Numbered from the stretch's first letter, positions 1 to 13,117 are shown. The stretch: DNA of 64,000 nucleotides from Octopus vulgaris (GCA_951406725.2 OX597834.1:1178001-1242000); one strand, 5' to 3'. Notes: generated from the sequence alone by a model not told the origin. Translations and numbers: made by a program.

Positions 1-190
1 GCTTGACAACCGATGCTGGTGTGTTTACGTCCCCGTCACTTAGCGGTTCGGCAAAAAGAGACCGATAGTATAAGTACTGGGCTTACAAAAAAAGAATAAG
101 TCCCGGGGTCGAGTTGCTCGACTAAAGGCGGTGCTCCAGCATGGCCGCAGTCAAATGACTGAAACAAGTAAAAGAGTAAAGAGTAAAGAG
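1..190 (+). mobile_element. SINE family A, 3' half with (GAGTAAA)n tail
   Basis: Matches the 3' halves of the full copies at 25939-26353, 36221-36619 and 54500-54935 (GCTTGACAACCGATGCTGGTG...GGCGGTGCTCCAGCATGGCCGCAGTC). Confidence 0.85.
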
Positions 191-446
191 TATACATTTG
201 GAGATATCTCTCTATATAAACATTAGTGTATATACATATATACATATATATAAGTATGTATATAAAAATATACATACACATATAATTAATTATATATACT
301 GGAATATACATATATATCCATATCCATGGGTACATATACAATGTTCATTACATTACCAATATTATTATTAATAATAATATTAATATTAGATTATGTGCAT
401 TCTGCTATTCACAATACATAGTAAATGAAAAATACAACATAGATTA

Positions 447-560
447 TAGTATAATATAATATAATATAATATAATATAATATAATATAATATAATATAAT
501 ATAATATAATATAATATAATATAATATAATATAATATAATATAATATAATATTATATAAT
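447..560. repeat. (ATAAT)n microsatellite
   Basis: Direct tandem pentamer run. Confidence 0.95.
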
Positions 561-794
561 ATATAGACAGATGTTTATGAAAGATGCAAGCACATTAATT
601 CAACAAACAATGTCATTATATTCATATATCATACAGTCAAAATCGAGACTTCAGTCTTATTCTGCAGACATAAATATATATATATACACACAGGTAACAA
701 ACACATGCATAATGCACAATGAATTTGCTCCTCCATTTTCTTATTTGTATATTATATATATATATATAATAAAGGGCTCCCAAATAAGGATTAT

Positions 795-868
<74 letters not shown>

Positions 869-932
869 GCATATATATATGGATGTATGCATATGTATAT
901 ATACGTGTGTGTGTGTGATTATGTATGCACAC

Positions 933-995
<63 letters not shown>

Positions 996-1514
996 TGTGT
1001 GTGTGTGTATTGATATATATATATAAATTGACTGATATCTGTCTGTCGCCTTGGTGATATCTTGCTAATATTTCGATAATCTATATGTTGACTTAGTAGA
1101 AGTTTATTGGAGCCAGTTTACCTTAGTTTACATATTTTCTTCCGTAAGGTAGAAGGTGAGGCATTTTCCGTAAGTACAGAATATAGAAGTCAAAGCTTGT
1201 GCGGTGCTTAATCAACAGGTTTCGAACTACGGAAGCTAAAGAGGACAATAATATTATTCGAAATCAATGAGTAAGGACCGTACCTCAAACAGCTCATGTT
1301 CCTGCTAGGAATTGTATTTAATAGTCTTCTTTTTATTTGAGGTACAGGTAATGGAATGCGTGGGTGGGATGCTCGTCTGAGAATTATGCCGAATTGGGTT
1401 CAATCCTTCATTGTAGACCCTTGTGACACTGCATCTTCTGCTGCTAAATTCAAGAGTCAAACAATATTTTGTGAACGAAATTTGATTGACGGAAACACGC
1501 TGGACATATGAGTA

Positions 1515-2266
1515 TACACACACACATACATACATACATACATACATACATACATACATACATACATACATACACACATACATACATACATACATACATG
1601 CATACATACATACATACATACACACATACATACATACATATATACATACATACATGCTTACATACATACATACACACATACATACATACATACATACATA
1701 CATACATACATACATACACACATACATACATACATACATACATACATACACACATACATACATACACACATACATAATACATACAAACATACATACACAC
1801 ATACATGCATACATGCATACATACATACATACATACATACATACATACATACATACATACATACATACATACACACATACATAATACATACATACATACA
1901 TACATACATACATACATACACATATACATACACACATACATAATACATACATACATACATACATACACATATACATACATACATACATACATACACACAC
2001 ACATACATACATACATACACACATACATACATACATACATACACACATACATACATACATACATACACACATACATACATACATACATACATACATACAT
2101 ACATACACACATACATAGATACATACATACATACACACATATACATACATACATACATACACACATACATACATACATACACACATATATACATACATAC
2201 ATACACACATACATACATACATACATACATACATACACACATACATGCATACATACATACATACAC

Positions 2267-2299
<33 letters not shown>

Positions 2300-2390
2300 C
2301 ATACATACATACACACATATATATACATACATACATACATACATACATACATACATACATACATACATACATACATACATACACATATGC
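1515..2390. repeat. Long degenerate (TACA)n microsatellite
   Basis: About 870 bp of TACA/CACA variants; source of the YVCM/HTYI pseudo-ORFs. Confidence 0.95.
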
Positions 2391-2859
2391 ACAACTTACA
2401 AAAGAGCTATTAATAGGTTCATACAGTACAGATGCAATAATTTGGCTGATTTATATAACGTGTCACATGTCTTAAGCTAGCTTTCAGCTCAGAGCCTACC
2501 GTTCGATGTATGTAAGAACCAGATTGATGAGGAAACAGGAGAAACAAATGGGAAGCAAAAATGGGAAGAAAAATGTGAAGGTTGGTATGGGAAGTGGAAC
2601 GAAAAAAAAGAAATGTAAAAAAAAACCCACGATTTTCGTCCTTTTTGTCTGTAGAAATCATTATTTATCTCGCTGGTGTAGAATAATATAACAAAGAGGA
2701 AACCACAGTCAATCTGCAGAGCGTTGGCTAATACTATTACGATGGTTCGGGTATATTTCACGACTGTGATGGATATACACGCTATAAATTTAGGAAGACT
2801 CATATATATGGTCAGTTAGGCCCCGAAATTGTTGTAGCTACTAATCTGTCCAAAGCTGA

Positions 2860-3040
2860 CTTCTTAGGGTTGGACTCTGCTGTACTCTTTCGCCCCAACT
2901 TTCTCTCACTCTCTCTTCCTGTTTCTTGAGTAACGCTGCGACGGACTGGCGTCTCGTCCAGCTGGTGGGGAACACACACGCCACAGAAACCGGGAAACCG
3001 GGCCCATGAGCCTGGCTAGGCTTGAAAAGGGCGCAGAAAT
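2860..3040 (+). mobile_element. SINE fragment (Meta/V-SINE-like central domain)
   Basis: CTGCGACGGACTGGCGTCTCGTCCAG...GAAACCGGG resembles conserved SINE core domains (from recall). Confidence 0.45.
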
Positions 3041-4127
3041 AATAAAACATATATATATAAAGCGATTTTGTATGTATCTTACATGGGGCTGACACAAGAA
3101 GAATTAGTCGTGTTGGTAAAGGCGATTACTAAATGGATTTTTTGTAGAACAAATCGTAATAATATAGCTTACCTCAAAGACAGCCCTGATTCAGTAGATG
3201 TTACAATCAAAGTTAATCAAGTAGTGCTCGCCTATTCCTTGTTTAATTTTTCTTTCAAATATTGCCCATGCATAACCACTTTATGCAATCAGTCGGACCA
3301 TCTTGCACTTGGTGGTAAATAAGGTCATCACTCGTCATCTATTTGTCGCAGTTCAACTTCCTCGTCGTTGACTCAGACGAGTGTTTTATAGATTAACAAA
3401 ATCATCTTTGTTTCAAGGGACAGTGTTTTAAACGTCAACAACTACATGTCGACACTTTATTTTGCTCTGCCTAGGATTCTTAGAGCCTGTTACCCAGGTT
3501 CCATTAGCGTAAAAATAGCCAAGGTCACAATAATTTCCTATGAATGGGAAGCCGATCCATTGCAGGGTTGAAGGCTAACAATTTTGAGGGAGAGAAACAA
3601 ATCGATTACATCGACCCAGTACTTAGCAGGTACTTTATTTTATAAACCCCGAAACGATGAAGGCAAAGCTGACCTCTTTGGCATTTGAACTCAGAACATA
3701 AAGATCAAGAAACAATACTGGTAAGCATTTTGGCCGATGACCTTGGCACTTTAGCTTTTGATTTATTCCAAGTATTTTTGTTTCTTCTGTACTTAACAAA
3801 ACTAGCCACATTCAGCATGTGCCTGAAACTGACGTTTACGATTTTTTTTTTCTGATTGAGCAACAATGTGTGATTGTTCTGGAAATATTTACATGTAAGA
3901 CAATGATCGTGTGTTTGTTTACTGCCGCATTCAACGCGTTGAAGTATTTCTTCTGTTTCTTGAAAATAAAGGCTTCCTAGGTTCGTTGGCTTTCACGTCA
4001 ATTTTATATGGTGGGTTATACCAATTAGCATTCTTCTTCACAGTAGAGCTCTTAGGGGTTGCCACTGTTTTCGTCAGTGCAGTGGATGCGTGATTGTTCC
4101 TCGCTGTTCTAAACTGCGTCACTTTAT

Positions 4128-4330
4128 TATCTTTTAATTACTTTAGTCATTAGACTGCGGCCATACTGGGGCACGGCCTTCAAGAATTTTAGTCCAATGA
4201 AACTATCCAGTTACTTATATTTTATAAAGTCTATACTTATTCTATCGATATCTTTTGCCGAACTGGTAAGTTATGGAGACTTTTACACAGCAACACCGGT
4301 TATCAAGCGGCGAGATGGGGGACAAGCTAG
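4128..4330 (-). mobile_element. SINE family A, degenerate 3' half
   Basis: Reverse-complement similarity to 1-190. Confidence 0.7.
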
Positions 4331-4355
4331 CACAAAGTTACATATACGTGTATAT

Positions 4356-4829
4356 AATTCTGTAAATAATAATAATAGTATTTTATAAGCTTAAAGCACA
4401 ATGACTAAAGAAAATAGTCTAAAAACGAGGTATATAAGCTCTCGACAGAAGAAAATAGGTTTTCCTGTACGCGTGGGGCTCGAGCCCACACCTCTTTATT
4501 TACGCGACCGACCAATTACACGACTGAACTAACCTGCTTTTTTCTGTCAGATTCAAGAACTAGAATTAGTTCGTAGTTGTTTTTGTAAACAAGCTTTCAC
4601 GTGCTTTTCACTGCGATGGTTTTGTTAAGCAGTGTCGATTGTTACGAGTGATGTGCATACGAAAGCCTATTTTTCTTCTGTCTCGGCTTTATAAGTCCCA
4701 TTATTGGACTATTTTCTTTAGTCATTGCACGGTGATCGCCATAAGCTTTAAGCCTATATAAAAATGCCATTATTATTATTTACAGAATTGTAAAAATCGA
4801 CACTGCTTAAGAAAACCATCGCAGTGAAA

Positions 4830-4832
<3 letters not shown>
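4356..4832. mobile_element. Fold-back element with two overlapping inverted repeats and a tRNA-like core
   Basis: 4356-4464 pairs with 4661-4789 (with indels); 4606-4640 pairs with 4795-4829; B-box-like GGCTCGAGCCC lies in a tRNA-like segment at 4466-4537 (minus). Confidence 0.6.
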
Positions 4833-4860
<28 letters not shown>

Positions 4861-4866
<6 letters not shown>

Positions 4867-5033
4867 TATATAGAAGGAGCTTCTACAGGACTAGAACTGT
4901 TTCATTCGAAGATTTCTCTTGAATGAAACAGTTCTAGTCCTGTAGAAGCTCCTTCTATATAATAAATTAATTTTACTCTGCTATGTATTGAGTACCTTAT
5001 TTACTGTGGTTAACCCCGAATCAACCCGGGACC

Positions 5034-5036
<3 letters not shown>
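4861..5036 (+). mobile_element. PLE-type fold-back: perfect 47-bp palindrome plus 69-nt tail, in (TA)n
   Basis: 4861-4907 is the exact reverse complement of 4921-4967, with a 13-nt spacer. The junction holds a hammerhead 3' remnant GAAGA-TTTC-TCTT-GAAT-GAAA-CAG-TT. Confidence 0.75.
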
Positions 5037-5078
<42 letters not shown>

Positions 5079-5119
5079 ATATAAAATACATGGCTTCTTC
5101 AGTTTCCGCCTACTATTCA

Positions 5120-6550
5120 TTTATTTGTGTGTTCTAGCCCCGATAGTTCATTAAGCTGAAGTTGTTGGAATGATTAGATTGTATGTGAATGTAGGATGGG
5201 TAACTGTTTGATTTCCAAAGATTTGATAAGACTCCGTTGGTAAGGAAACGGTAACATCAAATTTGCATCTTCGTGTGATTCCAAAGATGAATTTAGAGAA
5301 TGATATTAATATCCATTTTACAAAACTGTCTTATTTCTTTAGTCCCTCACGTTATGTTAGGTCATAAGTTTTTCATCGAATTATCGACTAATGATCGAAT
5401 TATCACTGAAAGTAATTAATTCGCAAAGGGGTGTGACAGACCTTATAATTCACAGACTTCAATTTCACTCAAGTTTTCCATTTTAACATTCATCTTAAGA
5501 AAAGGAGTAACATTACTTTAAAAGATAAGATCTAGCGTGAATGATATTACGGAAGGCCTTAATGCTTTTCAATGAAAAGTTACTGTGTGTCAATCATAAG
5601 ATATCCCTCTGTTTTGAAGAAGTTACGGTTTAATTCAACTGAGATTTGGCCACTCTTTCGTGCAAATGGTACCATCACATTCAGCTTTACTGATTGGTTC
5701 GTTAACGATGATGTAATAACCAATGACACTAAAATGGATAAACTGAATTTATCTTCGTTTTCGACGCCATTAAATCACTCGATAATAACTGCCATGATGT
5801 TCTTCCATACATTCAAATATATTGTTTTATGCTTCTCTTTATTCTCTCCAACATTATTCCACTGACGACCACATACAAAATACTTCTTTTATTTCTTTAT
5901 TTCCTTTTCTTCTTTTTTTGCAGAGTTAATGAATCTCGTTTTTGGTGAGATGTCGAACTTGTTTACTTTCAGTACGATGAAGGCTGAGATATTTTTTGAC
6001 CGACGTATTTTAGTTTCTGTTTGTTGTTATGCTTTCTCTAGTTTTATATAATATTTTTTCTTGTTGTATCTTGTGTTTCTCCGTTGATTTCATTGTATGT
6101 TTCTGAATATTTTATTTTTATAAAATTTTATTGTTTTATTTTATAAGAGATTCTTGTAAAGATCTTTTCTTATGCCGTAAAAATATTCCTGTAGTTTTCA
6201 TCGAAACACATGGTTTTGAGGATTTTAAGCTTATTATATTTTTGAAAAATCTTATCTAAGCTTATAAAGTAAATCATTGGATCTGCTTCTGAATATTATA
6301 TTCTTGATTAAACTAAGGGCATTTTCGAAAGCCTCTAAGTCTCTCTGCTTTTGTGGTGATCGGTTCAGGGATTGCAAACGTCATGTTTTTCTAACATAAT
6401 ATTGTTATCTCCTTTATCAGAGAAGTAACTCTTTCACCGGATATGCTTTACTACATTTTCTCTTTCTTCAGTAAATGATTTTTCGGGAGAATTTCCGTCT
6501 TGAAATTATGGCATTTCTTCATATCTATTCATTTCCTTGTTTGCAATCCG
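5120..6550 (-). pseudogene. Heavily degraded Penelope-like RT ORF
   Basis: Manual translation across frameshifts gives EITILC*KNMTFAIPEP (PLE N-terminal LxKGLxFAIP-like) and KSNSYPSYIHIQSNH (KPTxxxxY..SxHP-like). Confidence 0.4.
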
Positions 6551-6871
6551 TGTTTATATTGACAATGTTTGTTCAGCTTTATTGAGCTGAAGTGAGTCGG
6601 TTTTACAGTCAATTGTTTTCTTCCTTGCATAGCACAAAGGGAAAAAAACGACAACACAAACCTGCTTAATACAACCTTCTATTAGAAGCATGCACGCATA
6701 TATTAAAAACATATGTAAATGTCTGCATGTATATACAAACACACACACATATATGTATATATATATATATATACATAAGTATACACACACATATATATGC
6801 ATATATATATATGCATATATATATATATACATATATATATATACATGTATGTATATATATGTTTGTGTGTC

Positions 6872-6937
<66 letters not shown>

Positions 6938-6944
6938 AACATAT

Positions 6945-7195
6945 ATATACATACATGTATATATGTATGTTATATAGGAAAGTTAAAATTGAAACTCCTC
7001 TCTTTTGTATATATGTATATATATATGTGTGCGTGTGTGTGTGTGTGTGTGGATTTCACCCGTTCTGAGTAAAAATTTTGCCTTTCATCCTTTCCGGGTC
7101 GATAAATTAAGCACCACATTTGCATTGGGGTCGAGGTAAACGAATCATCTCCTCCCCCAAAGTTCAGGCCTTGTACTTATAACAAAAAGGATATA
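6945..7195 (+). repeat. Left arm of an inverted duplication (unique AT-rich segment, microsatellite, SINE fragment)
   Basis: Reverse complement of 11925-12228, including the non-SINE segment GTTATATAG(G/A)AAAGTTAAAATTGAAACT(C/G)CTCTCTTTTG. Confidence 0.75.
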
Positions 7196-7257
7196 TATAT
7201 ATATTTAACGGCGGTGCATCAGTATGGCCGCAGCTCTGAGCTGAAAATAATAAAAAA

Positions 7258-7325
<68 letters not shown>

Positions 7326-8449
7326 ACTTCCGGTTTCGTAGAGTAAGGACGTGTTTGCTTTCGCTCTGTGAAATAAAGAAAAAGGTTTCCATAAATCGAC
7401 GAAATAATCTGCTAAAACTGATTAAAAAAACGTAGAACTTGTTATCTCATAGCGGTCTACTAGGATATATTAGTTAAAAACCGTAATATATTTCGCTTCA
7501 AGCCAAATATAATACACTAAAGTTAGTTACGCAGGCAACATTTTCCGTCGAAAAAGCACGTGGTGGCATTTCGTAAGTTTATTTCCAACCGACTGTAAGA
7601 AGCAAAAAAAATTGTTTTCTTTTCTTTTTTGAAAGAAAACTTCTTCGTACAGGGACACGGATTTGGAATTTCTGCCTTTTGTGGATAAGTACCCATTTTT
7701 ATTTGTCTAATTTCCTGTAATTCAATGTAACGTCTGAGTTAGGATCTCATCTCTGTTTACATTCTGTTAATAATCTTTCAATCTCTGTTTCAGCGCCCAC
7801 TTTGTTTTTGTTAATTTCTCACTATATCTCTTTAAAATTATTCAATTTTAGATAGGTATATATTTATTTGTTACTTTATTTATATATTGTACTATCCAAG
7901 TGAAATCTTTTGAATAATTTCTTCTCTTTCATTACTTTCTCTCTCTCACTGTCTCTTCGCCTCTCACTGTCACACCATCTTTTCCCTCTCAGCCTCTCAA
8001 TCTCCCTAAATATATAGACGCGAACATTAGAAATATAGTCGTAATTAGTTTAGAAGAAAACTTTCGTAGTTACGGATAGATAGATATTTATAATTAGCTT
8101 AGAAGAGAACTTTCGTAGCTGCAGATAGATATATATTTATTTGTTGCCTAACCTCCTCTCTTTCATTTCTTTCTCTCTCTGTCTCTTCACTTCTCTCCTT
8201 TACGCCTCTCTCTCTGTCTCTTCACTTCTCTCTGTCACACCTTTCTTCTCTCAGCCTCTCAATCTTTCTAAATATATAGACGCAAACATTCTCCTCTCAC
8301 TCTCTCTTACTCTCTTCTTATCTTCTCTCAGCTCTCAATCTCTCTAAATACATAGACACTTTCTTTCTCTATTTCTTCTCTATCCTCTATGTCACTGTTA
8401 AATTTTAAATATAACTAGATAGATACATAAATAAAATATCCAAAAAATA

Positions 8450-9219
8450 TCCAGAACCCGGAGGAGCATGGAATTGGCATTGTACTTAAGAGCCTGGTGA
8501 TAAGCTGACGGAGATAATCCGAACAACATAATTACAGCTGCGCTGAAGAGCAATGGTTACACAAGGAGGTTAGCACAGATAGAGTGAAAGAAGCAGGAGT
8601 TTATACGCTCCTATGCACTCATACGATCCCACATCAGCACTCTTGATGCCATCTTTGACAACGAACAAAGCAAAGATGACAAGGACGGAGGCACGGGTAC
8701 TGATGAAAGATGTCACCCCCACTTGGTAGACACCCAGGACAACAAAGAAGATTCAAGTGAGGAACCGGCCCGGGAAGTAAACCCAAGTGCACGTGCCCCT
8801 ACAAGCATCAAAAGCCAAAACCATGGAGATGAAAGAGCCAAAAAAGAAGTAAAAGAAGGAATAACTAAAACAAAACCAAAAGATGAAACTGCCAACGAAA
8901 GAAGCAAGCCTTACTATCCAAAAAGGATAGAAAGAGACAGCGCACACGAATGTGTAAATTCTACCTGAAAGGTGTCTGCTGGCTTGAAAAGGAAGGTGCA
9001 GGCTGCCGTTTTGCACACCAAAGACCCTGCCACATAAACATGAAACAGGACAGAAACCAACTGCCAAAAGGAAAAGGAAAGGACTACGCACCACCTGTCC
9101 CAAAACGGAGGTACGCAGATGTAGTGCGTGTTGCAAACCATCAACATGTTATTGAAATGGCAGCTGCTGAACAAGAATCTTTTTTTTTAGCATGGCACAA
9201 AAGATTGTACAGCAGCTAA
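8450..9219 (+). pseudogene. LINE ORF1 remnant with a CCCH zinc finger
   Basis: CKFYLKGVCWLEKEGAGCRFAH at 8950-9015; broken by frameshifts; directly upstream of ORF2. Confidence 0.6.
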
Positions 9220-9247
9220 CCTTGCTCCATCAAACACAAACTCAGAG

Positions 9248-11427
9248 ATGGGACTATCCACAATACACAAGACCGCCACAGCAAATAGATCCAAGGTGTA
9301 CACCGCCGGCAACAGCATACACCTCACCTCGATGCTCCTACTGAACAGCAGAGGACTGCTAACACTCAGTAACAGGACAAAAATCCCTTTCTTGAGAGAC
9401 ATTGTTGCATGCAATCAAGCTTTATGCATAGCACTTACGGAAACACACCTGAAACCGGATATAGCACATGCGGAAATACACATACCACAGTATGTTGTAT
9501 TACGGACCTACAGAAAAGAAAGGAATCATGGTGGAGTTGCTATGTACATCCGCGAGGACCTCACACCCCAGGTCCTTTTGTCATACTCAAATTCGGAGTG
9601 TGACACACTAATTGTACATATAAGGCAACTCGGTGTAGTTATATGTACTACATATCGCTCTCCAGATGCTCCAAGCCATGTAGGTAAGTTTGAAGACTGC
9701 CTTACAAAAATAGAAGTTCTAGTCCCGTTAGAACAACACATAAGTGTACTTCTTATGGGAGACTTCAATCTGCCCAATGCCAGATGGCCCGAAGGCCTTT
9801 CTCTCCCAGGAATGACACGATGCGAACGAGGACAGGCGAGGTTCCTCCTCAACCTCATCAACACTCTGTACATGCAGCAAATAATACTCCAACCAACTAG
9901 GGCAAGTAACATACTGGATCTCTGCTTCACAAATAATATGGATCTCATCCATAATGTGAAAGTGACACCGACACTACTCTCGGATCACAACATGGTAGAG
10001 TTGACCATGTACAGGCCAAAGGAAAGCATGGACATGCAGTCTACAAGAAACTCTCAGAATCTTTCCAGCTTGAACTTCCATAAGGCAAACTGGAAACAAA
10101 TTGAGAAAAAGATCTTCAAACAAAACTGGCCTAAATATCTCTCCGCCAGACATCGACATGAAACTTCTATAATTCATGTCTGTAATGCAAGCCATATGCT
10201 GCAAATGTGTCCCAGAGAGAAGGCCACTGTACACAAGAACAAAATCCCCAGAGAGAGGAAAATTCTTATGAGACGGCGTACAAAAGTTTCAAATCGCCTA
10301 AACAAACAAATTGAAAGCAGTGAAAAGTCCCGCCTGAAAATAAAACTGTTGGAAATTGAAAAATGTCTGCAACTCTCCCATGAAAAAGAAAGGGCAGACA
10401 AAGAAGCCTGGGCTATAGACAACATAAAATCTAACCCCAGAGCTTTCTACAAGTTTGCCAAAGAAACAGCTACGGTGCACTGTAGGATAGGGCCACTCCC
10501 TGAAAAAGATGGCACACTCACAGGAAATCCAATGAGGATAAGTGAAATACTAAATGAGCAATTCAAAAGTATTTTCACTCCACCCCTCGGGCATTTTCAA
10601 GTCAGCAATCCAACTGACTTCTTTACCACTGCAGATATAAAATCGGAGGTAGCGATGATTGATTACATCAATATAAAGGAAGACGATGTAATAAAGGCTA
10701 TAGATGAAATGAACCCAAACTCAGCTACTGGCCCCAATTGATTCCCAGCAATCCTTCTAAAAGTATGTAAGAGAGTCATAGCAAGACCACTGCAGTTCCT
10801 TTATCAGAGCTTCCTTGCAACTGGCAAACTTCCAAGGAAACTGAAGGAGGGTAAAATATGCCCTATTCATAAAGGAGGTAGCAGAGCGGAGGCCAAGAAC
10901 TACAGAACTATCTCTCTGACCGCACACATCAGCAAGGTCATGGAGCGAAAATTCAGAAGGAAACTAATCGCCTTCCTGGAAGAAAATAACTTGCTGCCTG
11001 ACACCCAACATGGTTTCCGACCAGGAAGAAGCTAACTCAGCTCCTACAACACTATGATTGGGTGCTGAAACAACTTCTGAACCACTCAAATGTGGAAGTG
11101 ATATACCTCGACTTGGCAAAGGCCTTTGATAAAGTCGATCATGGAATGATATGTCACAAACTGCGTGATCTTGGCATAGTTGGAAAATTGGAAGAATGGC
11201 TTCATGACTTTCTGAAGAATAGAAGTCAGGTGGTAACAGCCAATGGGGCCACCTCCAATAACACGCAAATAGTGAGCTGTGTTCCGCAAGGCACTGTTTT
11301 AGGACCACTACTGTTCATAATGGCCCTCTCAGACATGCCCTCAGCCATGCAGAGAGCCACGATCACAAGTTATGCAGATGGTACAAAAGTTTCACAGGTA
11401 ATACAGAATACTGAACACGCTATGCAC
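9248..11427 (+). pseudogene. LINE ORF2 (APE endonuclease + reverse transcriptase), inactivated
   Basis: APE motifs LTETHL, GGVAMY, MGDFNLP, LDLCF, SDHN. Stop at 10739-10741 in the GPDG motif, then NYRTISL and QHGFR, frameshift near 11033, YLDLAKAFDKVDH, VPQGTVLGPLLF, and YADG in place of YADD. Confidence 0.92.
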
Positions 11428-11429
11428 AG

Positions 11430-11875
11430 GAATTAAGGAGGGGGGTTTCTCTAAACTTGGTACGACTCTGTCTCTCTCTCCCCCTTCTCCTACATTTCTT
11501 CGCATTCTTACTTTGCACTTCACTTTCCCCCTGTCTCTTTTTCTCTCTCTTCTCCCCCTCCTTAATTCCTCTGTCCCTCTTTTCTTCTCTCTTCTCTTTA
11601 CACGTGACTGACTGCTGGCCTTTTGGGGTCTAGCAGCGGTAGCGGTAACATGAACATTTTTTTCTCTCAGCCCCAAGGCACATTCCAACACGCCAGCTGT
11701 GTTTAACCCGTCTAGTCGAAAGACACCTGTTTGTGATGTCCTGTTATTGTTATTTTATTATTGTTATTATTGTTTTTACGTCCTTGACTGAAGATTCAAG
11801 GCTTCGAATGTCCCGTCCGTGATTTTTGTATCGGCTCCTAAATGTTTTGCGTTCTTGTCCCAGTTTGTATTTTTA
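11430..11875 (+). mobile_element. Dispersed repeat related to 33330-33685 (probable PLE terminal region)
   Basis: Shares ACACGCCAGCT...TAGTCGAAA, GACTGA(A/G)GA...CGAATG.CCCGTC and TTTTGCGTTCTTGTCCCA with the 33.3-33.7 kb copy; ends in (TA)n. Confidence 0.6.
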
Positions 11876-11924
11876 TATATATATATATATGTATATAGCG
11901 GCGTACGTACCCTCTCTCTGATAT

Positions 11925-12077
11925 ATATATACATCCTTTCTGTTATAGGCACAAGGAGATGAATCGATTACAACGACCCAAGTGCAAATGTGGTGGTTAT
12001 TTTATCGACCCGGAAAGGATGAAAGGTAAAGTCTACCTCGGCGAAATTTGAACTCAGAACTGGCGAAATCCACACAC

Positions 12078-12160
<83 letters not shown>

Positions 12161-12228
12161 AAAGAGAGCAGTTTCAATTTTAACTTTTCTATATAACATA
12201 CATATATACATGTATGTATATACATGTG
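11925..12228 (-). repeat. Right arm of the inverted duplication of 6945-7195
   Basis: See the left arm. Confidence 0.75.
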
Positions 12229-12256
12229 TGTGTGTGTGTATATATATATATGTATG

Positions 12257-12429
12257 TATAAATAAGGATAAGATCGTTATTTAAATACCGATCTTATCAG
12301 GTGGCCTGCATGGGAATAAAAACCTTTCAAAGGCAATAATCATTTACAATTATAATTTAGGGTATCTTAGAGATACCACCACGCTGAAAGTAGCAGTCAG
12401 AACTTGACTCTAAAACCACATTAAATATT

Positions 12430-12431
<2 letters not shown>
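12257..12431 (-). mobile_element. 3' terminal fragment of the 56181-56700 PLE-type family
   Basis: GTGGCC.GCATGGGAATAAA...AGGGTATCT.AGAGA.ACCACCA..C..AA.TAGCAGTC shared with 56181-56340; flanked by (TA)n. Confidence 0.7.
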
Positions 12432-12482
<51 letters not shown>

Positions 12483-12519
12483 GTATACACTCTCTCACAT
12501 ACACACTCTCACATACATA

Positions 12520-12800
12520 TAGGGTATGATCAATAAGTATCCGGACTGTTACCATATTAACGAAGTCAAACCATACAGAGTGAAGCCACTCGGCACAAGC
12601 TGATCCTGAACACTGCTGTGCATTCGCATTAGGTTTTAACGTTCTCACTTCGCATTGTTTAATATTCCAGAGAATGCAAGGCGGTGATCTGGCGGAATCG
12701 TTAACTTGTCGGGTAAACCTGTTGGCGGCGTTTCGCTCGTCTTTGCGTTCGGAGTTGCACCTCCATAAGCTCTCTTCCACCACAAAATGACCAGAGATGT
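12520..12800 (+). mobile_element. Mariner-like DNA transposon end fragment
   Basis: Starts TA-GGGTATGATCAATAAGTATCCGGACT, like mariner TIRs; no partner TIR found. Confidence 0.45.
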
Positions 12801-13082
12801 TGTAGTTTTGCAAGTGAATTCTGAAAACAGTCTTTAAAAAACATGAAAACTACTTTCTCCCGTGACAAATATTTGGTGGGTGGTCGCGGTAGGAGCGGAC
12901 AACGATTTGTGTTAATCTAAGATGTATTTTTAATCACCATCTATCACATGGCACCTTAATTAATCCCAATAAATCGGATTGGCAACTTTTACCATTCCAT
13001 CTTTCTTGGCGATAAAAGACTATTTCTTATAATCCTCAGAGATCTGGCCATACGAGAGAGCTTCATTAACATTGCTTATCCT

Positions 13083-13084
<2 letters not shown>

Positions 13085-13117
<33 letters not shown>

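Larger units (their letters stand above)
7330..11427 (+). mobile_element. CR1/L2-group LINE, disrupted and 3'-truncated
   Basis: Long pyrimidine-rich 5' region, ORF1 remnant, then APE+RT ORF2. The 5' boundary is approximate. Confidence 0.85.

Noticed and set aside
1305-2475. Long ORFs of 200-359 aa (YVCM/HTYI repeats) and the many similar YIYI/CVCV ORFs elsewhere
   Set aside because: They are translations of stop-free microsatellites with no coding signal.
11786-11818. CTGAAGA...CGAATGTCCCGTC as a hammerhead (also 33553-33582)
   Set aside because: It has GAAU instead of GAAA and no consistent stem I or III; kept only as part of the structured-RNA candidate.
13012-13045. Minus-strand CTGAGGA...GAAATAGTC
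   Set aside because: No stem I complementarity; probably a chance match.
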